Positions 1-6,491 of a stretch of 8,512 bases of DNA are shown here, piece by piece. Positions within the stretch are counted from its first letter, which is position 1. Every line of letters starts with the position of its first letter. Source of the DNA: Octopus sinensis (taxonomy: Eukaryota); the NCBI RefSeq assembly GCF_006345805.1, contig NW_021828412.1, forward strand, positions 1 to 8,512. Direction: 5' to 3'. The position numbers and the translations under genes were made by a program. Below the pieces are notes generated by a model, which saw only the letters and a list, made by a program, of their open reading frames with translations, was not told the DNA's origin and made no database searches.

Positions 1-275
1 AATAAAAAACACAAAATGCAGAGAAGTATTTTTCTATCGGATTTCTTTAATCAGTAGTACATATTTTATTCAAATAAATGTTATTTGTGCGAAAGGTTGC
101 TTATGAATGCGTTATTTGAAATAGAAATTATGTGTGCTGATTAGCTATATTCATAATGAATGTTGCTTTTTACGGCCGAGTGATTTGGGGATGATTATTT
201 TATGAGAAAACTCATCTGTTCTTTTCATGGAATTTTGTTTCCCTTGTTCTAGACAAACTAAGTGCGATGTAAAGG

Positions 276-350
276 TGCGTGTGTGTGTATGTAAATGTGT
301 TTGTGTATGCATGTGTGTGCGTGCATGTGCGCGTGTATGGGTGTGTAATG
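276..350. repeat. Imperfect (TG)n microsatellite
   Basis: gtgcgtgtgtgtgtatgtaaatgtgtttgtgtatgcatgtgtgtgcgtgc...; accounts for the low-complexity CV/VY ORFs. Confidence 0.9.
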
Positions 351-512
351 TATGTGACTTATTTTTTTTTAATTTTATTTTTTCGACATTTCTTCAGGGA
401 AGTATTTCTTAGTTTATGGGTGCGTGACAGAGTGCTGTCGTCGAGCCTTGGTACACTTTTCTCTAAACCTCAAGTCGTAAAACAAATTTTGATTCACTCT
501 CAATATAGACTA

Positions 513-657
513 TGTATGTGTGTGTGTGTGTGTGTGTGTGTGCATATATACATACGCACATGTATATATACATACACATGTCTTCATTGAAGAAATGTTG
601 AGAAATATAATTCTAAACAAATATAAACTGTCAACACATGCACACCTACACACACGT

Positions 658-689
<32 letters not shown>

Positions 690-800
690 CACGTTTACAG
701 GATCATACACACACACTTACACACGCACATGCACATATATGAATATGTATATGTGTATTTATACACGCAGATGAACGCACGCACACATTCACATACAAAC
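513..800. repeat. Compound microsatellite: (TG)n 513-542 followed by imperfect (CA)n/(TA)n tracts
   Basis: Near-perfect TG run 513-542, CA run about 663-689, degenerate CA/TA runs to about 800. Confidence 0.9.
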
Positions 801-1068
801 GCGCGTGGGCACTATAATTTATTTAAGACAGCTTTCATGCTATTAACCTCATTTTTATTCCAATGCCTAAAGAAGTTCTTACATCAATTGCCACAAGACG
901 ACCCCATTAATATGAGATTCTGGAAAATTGTTTTGCCAGTCAATAATAATTAACTGTTCCAGTAAATTTTTAATTAAACTTGTTTAAAAAGAAAAACTCG
1001 TTTAAAAAGAAAAAAAAATCTCGTTGACCGCAGCATTTTTATTGATATATTAACACGGTGTCAGTTCT

Positions 1069-1169
1069 TGTTGTCGCAGTTCTGTTCATTAATTATGTTT
1101 TTATTTAAAGATATTTCTGTTGTCGCAGTTCTTTTCTTTAATTATGTTTTTATCTAAAGATATTTCTGT
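1069..1169. repeat. 49-bp tandem duplication (2 copies)
   Basis: tgttgtcgcagttctgttcattaattatgtttttatttaaagatatttc (1069-1117) repeated at 1118-1166 with 3 mismatches. Confidence 0.95.
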
Positions 1170-1354
1170 AGCGAAATAAAGCAATAAAGCGCCGAACTAA
1201 ATAAATGATTTTACACTATTTGCTTTTGTGTCGATACATCTTGTTTGTTTTCTTAGCTCGAAACTACCAGGAATCAACTCAATGTTTCATTATTCCAAGG
1301 TCGTCAACCCGCCAAGCTACTCCTGTGTTGGGATTTATGCTCACCACGGTAAAT

Positions 1355-1517
1355 CAGAAAGGGGGATGGGGTATGTCGATTACTTTGAGCCCATTGTCCA
1401 ACTGGTACTTACTTTACCGACCTCGAAAGGATGAAAGGCAAAGTCGACCTCTGCGGAATTTGAAATACCGCTGAACATTTTGTCAGATGCTCTAACGATT
1501 CTGCCAGCTCGCTGTCT
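1355..1517 (-). mobile_element. tRNA-derived SINE family A, copy 1 (degenerate, internal deletion in the tRNA-like head)
   Basis: Minus strand reads gcgagctggcagaatcgttag...ggtatttc[gap]aaattccgcagaggtcgactttgcctttcatcctttcgaggtcggtaaagtaagtaccag; aligns with the copies at 1702-2114. Central block resembles the Meta-SINE-type conserved domain (from memory). Confidence 0.8.
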
Positions 1518-1536
1518 TTAACAACAATACTAATAA

Positions 1537-1701
1537 TGGTTTCAAATTTTGCCACAAGGGCATCCGTTTTGCGAGAGGGGATCACTCGATTACTTCAACC
1601 CCAGTGCTTCACTGATACTTAATTTATCGAACCCGAAAACACGAAAGATAAAGTCGACCTTGTCAGAATTTGAACTCACAACGTAGCGACTGGCGAAATA
1701 C
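1537..1701 (-). mobile_element. SINE family A, copy 2 (head interrupted at gtatttcg; tail type ...cccttgtggcaaaatttgaaacca)
   Basis: B-box-like gagttcaaattc on minus strand, same central domain as neighbours; short AAT/AAC-rich tract at 1520-1536 at its 3' end. Confidence 0.85.
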
Positions 1702-1885
1702 CTATTTCTTTACTACCTACAAGGGGCTAAACATAGAGAGGACAAACAAGGACAGAAAAATGAATTAAGTCGATTATATCGACCCCAGTGCGTAACTGGT
1801 ACTTATTTAATCGACCCCGAAAGGATGAAAGGCAAAGTCAACCTCGGGGGAATTTGAACTCAGAAAGTAGCGGCAAACGAAATAC
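1702..1885 (-). mobile_element. SINE family A, copy 3 (184-bp headless unit)
   Basis: Direct repeat of 1886-2069 (period 184 bp, about 90% identical by eye); B box gagttcaaattcc. Confidence 0.9.
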
Positions 1886-2114
1886 CTATTTCTTTACTAC
1901 CCACAAGGGGCTAAACACAGTGAGGACAAACAAGGACAGACAAACGGATTAAGTCGATTATATCGACCCCAGTGCATATCTGGTACTTATTTAATCGACC
2001 CCGAAAGGATGAAAGGCAAAGTCGACCTCGGCGGAATTTGAACTCAGAACATAGCGACAGACGAAATACCGCTAAGCATTTCGCCGGGCGTGCTAGCGTT
2101 TCTGCCAGCTCGCC
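1886..2114 (-). mobile_element. SINE family A, copy 4 (complete with Pol III A/B boxes)
   Basis: Minus strand: ggcgagcTGGCAGAAACGctagcacgcccggcgaaatgcttagcggtatttcg...ctGAGTTCAAATTCCgccgaggtcgactttgcctttcatcctttcggggtcgattaaataagtaccag...ccccttgtgggtagtaaagaaatag. Confidence 0.9.
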
Positions 2115-2332
2115 AACTTATCGACAATCCTTTCTGCTGGAGGCATGAGGCCTCAAATTTGTGGGAGGGGGACTAGTCGATTACATCGATCCCAGTGTTT
2201 CACTAGTACTTAATTTATCGACCCCGAAAAGATGAAAGGTAAAGTCGACCGCGGCAGAATTTGAACTCACAAGAGCTCACAACGTAGCGACTGGCGGAAA
2301 ACCGCTTAGCATTTCGTGCAGCGTGCTAATGT

Positions 2333-3039
2333 GGATCTTTACCTACAGATTTGAAAAATAATTTTTTGTAACCAAACACTTTCAAACTTCGGACACTGGT
2401 AGAATGTGTCATATAAAACATGTGTTACTCTTAGCGTTTTTGAGAAAAACTTATATTTACGAAGTAATTTCACGTTAAAGTAGGCCCATTTCGGTAATTT
2501 CAACCAATCAATGACGTGTATTCAGCTGAATAAAATTACTTTTGTTGTTTGTCAACAACTATCGACGGTGCATTTTTCGTTTGTCACTGTTATTTATGAC
2601 ATCGTTCGTGCGTTTGTATTGGTTTTAAGGTTTTAGGGTTAGGGTTAGGGTTTTAGGGATAGGGTTTAGGGTTAGGGTTAGGGTTTTAGGATTAGGTTTA
2701 GGGTTAGGGTCAGGGTTTTAGGGTTACGGTTTTAGGGTTAGAGTTAGGGTTTTAGGGCTAGGGTTGTCATAAGTAACAGTGATAAACGAAAAATACACCG
2801 CCGAAAGTTCTTGTTGACAAACAACGGCAGTAATTTTATTCAGCTGAATACACATCATTGATTGGTTGAAATTACCGAAATAGGATTATTTTAACGTAAA
2901 ATTACTTCGTAAATATAAGTTTTTCTCGAAAATGCTAAGAGTAAAAGATGTTCTACACATTCTACCAGCGTCCGAAGTTTGAAAGTGTTTAGTTACAAAA
3001 AATTATTTTTTAAATTTGTAAGTCAAAAGGTAAAGATCC
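2333..3039. mobile_element. Non-autonomous DNA transposon (foldback/MITE), 707 bp, ~270-bp TIRs, 8-bp TSD; Merlin-like by termini
   Basis: Starts GGATCTTTACCT, ends AGGTAAAGATCC; arms about 2333-2603 and 2763-3039 are reverse complements with small indels; TSD gctaatgt (2325-2332) / gctaacgt (3040-3047). 5'-GG termini plus 8-bp TSD fit Merlin/IS1016, but hAT and P also make 8-bp TSDs; no transposase. Confidence 0.9.
2621..2763 (+). repeat. Interstitial telomere-like array, about 20 units of TTAGGG / TTTTAGGG / TTTAGGG and variants
   Basis: ggttttagggttagggttagggttttagggatagggtttagggttagggttaggg...; lies between the TIR arms. Confidence 0.95.
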
Positions 3040-3073
3040 GCTAACGTTTCTGCCAGTTCGCGGCCTTATCGAC

Positions 3074-3121
<48 letters not shown>
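3074..3121. repeat. (AAT)16 microsatellite
   Basis: Perfect aat run starting within the right direct repeat of SINE copy 5. Confidence 0.95.
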
Positions 3122-3122
<1 letters not shown>

Positions 3123-3411
3123 TAATATATGACTGTTTTGATACGACCTGTCTATTATAGCAACTTCTAGAGAAGAGAATGCCAGAATTAGTTACCAGCT
3201 GTGACCACTTTTATATGGTACTACGGAAACTTATTTTTGTTTGTCAATATTAATTAACAGAAACAGTCGATTTTTAATTAAGTTTATTTGAAAAATAAAT
3301 TACAAGAAACTCATTGAACACGTTGTTTTTATTGATTCATTTAAATAGAATCAGTTTTCTTTGTCTCAGTTCTTGGCATGAATTATCATTTTATATTAAA
3401 AAAACATTTAT

Positions 3412-3500
3412 TTTTTGCTTGTGTCAGTCATTGGACTGCAGCCATGTAGGGACACTGAACTGAAGGCTTTAGTCGACGAACCGCCCCCAATACTTGTGTT
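3412..3500 (-). mobile_element. 3' fragment of SINE family B
   Basis: cttgtgtcagtcattggactgcagccatg is the reverse complement of the tail of the copy at 7654-8035 (gcatatccgcagtccagtgactgaaacaag). Confidence 0.65.
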
Positions 3501-3587
3501 TTGTTATTGTTTTTTCTCCATAAATTAGCCGTTCAGCAAAAGATTTCTGGAAACAAACCAACATTGACTTTCAAGTGTTGGCAAGGG

Positions 3588-3602
3588 ACACACACACACA
3601 CG

Positions 3603-3687
<85 letters not shown>
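3588..3687. repeat. (CA)n followed by (TA)n microsatellite
   Basis: About 40 CA units with two interruptions, then TA run. Confidence 0.95.
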
Positions 3688-3730
3688 CACCTTTTCTCGT
3701 TTTTTCTCTCATCTTATCGTCCTGATTTTT

Positions 3731-3736
3731 TTTATT
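3731..3736 (-). terminator. Polyadenylation signal AATAAA running into the poly(A) tail of the retroelement
   Basis: Plus strand tttttttt-att (3726-3736) next to the left TSD. Confidence 0.7.
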
Positions 3737-3899
3737 CACCATAAAGGTTATATACAGAGTTGGACAGCACATCCGGGGAACTTAAAATAGCAAAAGCAAA
3801 TGACAAAACAAGAAAAAATAAGAATGATAATAATGAATTATGAATAGATAATTACAAATGAGGTGTAAATGTCCACTCGATCCCCGGAATCGAGTGGTT

Positions 3900-4210
3900 A
3901 CATTTTCGTCAGTTTTTTTCCACAGAACAATATATTTCACCGAATTTCTAAATACATTTTCAGAATATTTTTCATAAAATTCCAGCAAACAGAGTTTCAA
4001 AACTACCTTTTTCAACATTTCAAAATACATTTTCAACCCAACTTTCGAATATACATATTCCAAAACTTTAACAAACATTTTACAGAGCTTCAAAATTACT
4101 TTTCTCAAATCAAAGTACTTAATTTCGAACTTACATATCACAGAATTTCAACAACATTTTACAGAATTTCAAATTCCATTTTTAGGATTTCGAAATACAT
4201 TTTCACAGAG
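3900..4210 (-). repeat. Degenerate ~20-22-bp tandem repeat in the retroelement 3' UTR
   Basis: Recurring plus-strand motif cagaatttc(a/g)aaatacatttt(ca), e.g. cgaatttctaaatacattttcagaa, cagaatttcaacaacattttacagaatttcaaattccattttt, gatttcgaaatacattttcacagag. Confidence 0.7.
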
Positions 4211-4253
4211 TTTTTCCTTCTTCCCTCCCCCCCCCACACACACACACACAATC

Positions 4254-5657
4254 TTAGACGTATTCTATTATCTCTTCCACATCCCTGAAGCTCATCACTG
4301 CATTTGAAGGTAGACGCTCTCTCATTCGACAACTCGTGGAAAATATTATGTTTTCTCTGGCAGCTTCGAGATACTCAACGGCTCCCTCCTCAGGGATTAG
4401 AGCAGTCTCCTCCTGACACTCGCCTCTCCTGTTGACCCATACATGTCCTTCCGTTTCATATGTTAAATCGCTCATTTCAGGGCAGTTCCTGTAGGTTACT
4501 AATATATAATAGTAGTAATCCTGATTCCATCCTGTGTATTCCTTCGTCTTCCTTTTCGGACTTATTTCCTCCTTGTTCTCCTCTCTTTCTCTCTTTTTGC
4601 CTTCTCTTCTTTCTCTCTCCTTCTCTTGTCTTTTTGGCTCCTTGTCTGTTTTCTCTTTATCTCGTACTTTATGTTCCTTTCCTGTAGTTTCTTTTTCCTT
4701 TTGTGTACCGTCCTTTCTTTTCGCTTGACTCTGTTCCCTCTCTTGTTTTTTTCCTGTTGTTTCTCTTTCCTTTTTTTCTCTTGACTCTGTTTTGGGTCTA
4801 TTAATTCCTTCCCTTTGATTTCTTTTTCCTTCATTGTCTTATTATTTCCCTTCTCTTGTTTTGTTTCCTTTTTATTTGCTTTCTTTCTCATTTAGTGTAT
4901 TGTTCTTTTCTTCAAGTTCCCTTTCCTGCTCACACTCCGCTACGAATTCATATAGCGGGCACTCCTTTTTAATGTGCCCCCTTGTCCCGCATAAGTAGCA
5001 GTTAGGTTTTCTCCCCTCCACGATTACGCTGAGGGTTTTTTCGTTTTCTATCTCAATTTTGAAGGGAAACCTTTCAATGTCTTCTGTTGTGGCCATCAGC
5101 CACAATTCTATCCCGTAGCCTTTCCAGTTCACTACGTTTGACTCCTTGATTGATTCTATTTCTACTTCCTCTTCTGCTGACCCTAGAATGGATGCTGCCA
5201 TCCATTCTGTCTTCACTTCTGGGGGTAAGTTCGGGATTTTTACTCGTACCCCTCTTCTTCCCTTATATGAAGGCCACATAGTAAATTTTTCGGCTCTTAA
5301 TACGGTGGTAGCCAGCGAGGCTGCAACTTCCTCTGTTGTACACCTCACCTCCACCGTACCAAATTTCTTGCCTCAGCTCACAAAAGTAATTTTCTCCATT
5401 ATGTCTCCCAGACATTTTAAAATTTCGTCTATCGCTATTCTTGCTAGCTTCCTTGTACTCCTATCTTGGGTTCTGTAGGTCACTGTCTTATTTTCCTTGT
5501 CCTCTTTTGTTTTAGCAGGTGGGGCTAGCATCACGCTGTCACCCTCCCTTTTAAAGAGTTTCTCATATTCTTTAAGTTTTTCCTTCTCAAAGAATACTTC
5601 CCTTACAATAAGTGACGAATCACTTTTCATTGTAGCGACCCCCGCGTAAGTCTCCAT
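4254..5657 (-). pseudogene. Decayed ORF1p/gag-like nucleic-acid-binding protein (about 467 codons): RRM-like region, CCHC zinc knuckle, K/E/R-rich linker, C-terminal domain
   Basis: ORFs 5373-5657, 4872-5354 and 4254-4475 share one frame. A single TGA (5375-5373) joins ITFVS*GKKFGTVEVRC; VRVKIPNLPPEV and VIVEGRKPNCYLCGTRGHIKKEC (CX2CX4HX4C, 4959-5000) are typical of L1/Tx1 ORF1p; stops at 4872, 4842, 4839 are bypassed by the shifted frame of ORF 4562-4891; the frame is then open 4838-4254. Confidence 0.8.
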
Positions 5658-5963
5658 GACTAGAGGGTCGACTCACCTTCTTCAAAAAGTTCCAACACGT
5701 GGAGACAAGCGCCTCGCACGATACAATATCAATTTCACGCACAGAAAAAACAAACTTCTTATCACAATGAATAACACCTGGACAATAAATGAATTATATC
5801 TCATCTTGTCGTCCTGTTATAGCTTGTGCTATGTGGGCATAGTCTGAGGATTAAGACTATGCTTGTTAAAAAATGCTGTCTGAAATGTTTTCATAACATG
5901 AAACTAGTAGTAGCACATAAAAATATATATTGCGTTTATCAAATTATATATATATATATATAT

Positions 5964-6118
5964 AGTTGAAATTTATAGAAAAACAATAGACGAAGACAGG
6001 TGTGTGAATAAAAAGCAAGTGTATTAGTTTGACGCTCAAAAAAATGAAAAAGTCTATTTGCGTTTTGAGCCTACGCTCTTGAACAGAAAGGAATAAGAGA
6101 AAATAAACAGAGAGAGGA
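5964..6118 (-). mobile_element. Possible Penelope-like/retrozyme terminal-repeat fragment with degenerate hammerhead core
   Basis: Minus strand ctttCTGTTCAa-GAGC-gtag-GCTC-AAAACgc (6090-6060) has the layout CUGANGA-stem II-GAAAC; abuts a (TA)n tract at 5946-5963. Confidence 0.45.
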
Positions 6119-6153
6119 TGAAAAAAACCTTGTAGATTCCAGCAGTCCAGCAT

Positions 6154-6407
6154 GGCGAAATATTAAGTTATAGAGATGTAAACAAACCAACAATGGTAGT
6201 GATAGTGTGAGAGAAAACACAAGTACACATATGCATATACGTACGACATGATTCCACATAGTTTCTGTCTACCAAACTCACTAACAGGACATTGATCGAC
6301 CCGGGGCTCTAGTAGAAGGCACTTGCCAAGGTACCGCGCAGTGGGACTGAACTGAAACCGTGTTGTTGCAAAGCGAGTTGCTTTTACCATATCGCCATTT
6401 CTGCGCC
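6154..6407 (-). mobile_element. tRNA-derived CORE-like SINE family B, 3'-truncated
   Basis: Reverse complement of 7654-7898; A-box-like tggcgatatgg, degenerate B box ttcagttcagtccc, CORE-like ccttggcaagtg. Confidence 0.85.
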
Positions 6408-6491
6408 TTCGGTGAAGCTATTCACATTATCACGAAGCGGTGTAGCGGTGTAGCTGGAAACAGCGAGAGAATGGCGTACCAGTGTATCTAG

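Larger units (their letters stand above)
2129..3064 (-). mobile_element. SINE family A, copy 5, split by the foldback element (2129-2332 + 3040-3064)
   Basis: Removing 2333-3047 restores gcgtgctaa(c/t)gtttctgccag as in intact copy 4; flanked by direct repeat cttatcgacaat (2117-2128, 3065-3076), a probable TSD; 10-bp internal duplication 2263-2282. Confidence 0.9.
3725..5798 (-). mobile_element. Apparently full-length ORF1-only non-LTR retroelement (HAL1-like, L1/Tx1-related), about 2074 bp
   Basis: TSD tctcatcttatcgtcctg (3707-3724) / tctcatcttgtcgtcctg (5799-5816), 17/18 identical; minus-strand 3' end ...atggtgAATAAAAAAAA (3736-3726); 141-nt 5' UTR; gag-like frame 5657-4254; about 530-nt 3' UTR; no APE endonuclease or RT motifs seen. 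Confidence 0.85.

Noticed and set aside
227-953. Short ORFs rich in CV/HT/YI
   Set aside because: Translations of TG/CA/TA microsatellites; same for ORFs at 3501-3790, 6774-7193 and 7257-7475.
1702-2114. CRISPR array or tRNA gene cluster
   Set aside because: Units are 184-bp SINE bodies with no unique spacers; heads have A/B boxes but no complete cloverleaf and continue into SINE cores.
2621-2763. A true telomere or chromosome fusion site
   Set aside because: Only ~140 bp, degenerate, single orientation, enclosed by TIRs and a TSD.
3782-4288. ORFs 3782-4141 (-) and 3869-4288 (+) as an ORF2
   Set aside because: Low-complexity products of the 3' UTR minisatellite; no endonuclease or RT motifs.
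4460-5478. Plus-strand ORFs 4460-4687, 4534-4728, 5146-5478
   Set aside because: Antisense shadows of the ORF1 frame and its purine-rich linker.
3725-5798. LTR-retrotransposon gag remnant
   Set aside because: No LTRs or TG...CA ends; 18-bp TSD and poly(A) indicate a non-LTR mechanism. The shared 10-mer aatgaattat (3832-3841, 5788-5797) is too short and AT-rich to be a terminal repeat.
2621-5798. HeT-A-like telomeric system linking the gag-only element and the TTAGGG array
   Set aside because: Independent insertions with their own TSDs about 0.7 kb apart; the retroelement target site contains no telomeric repeat.
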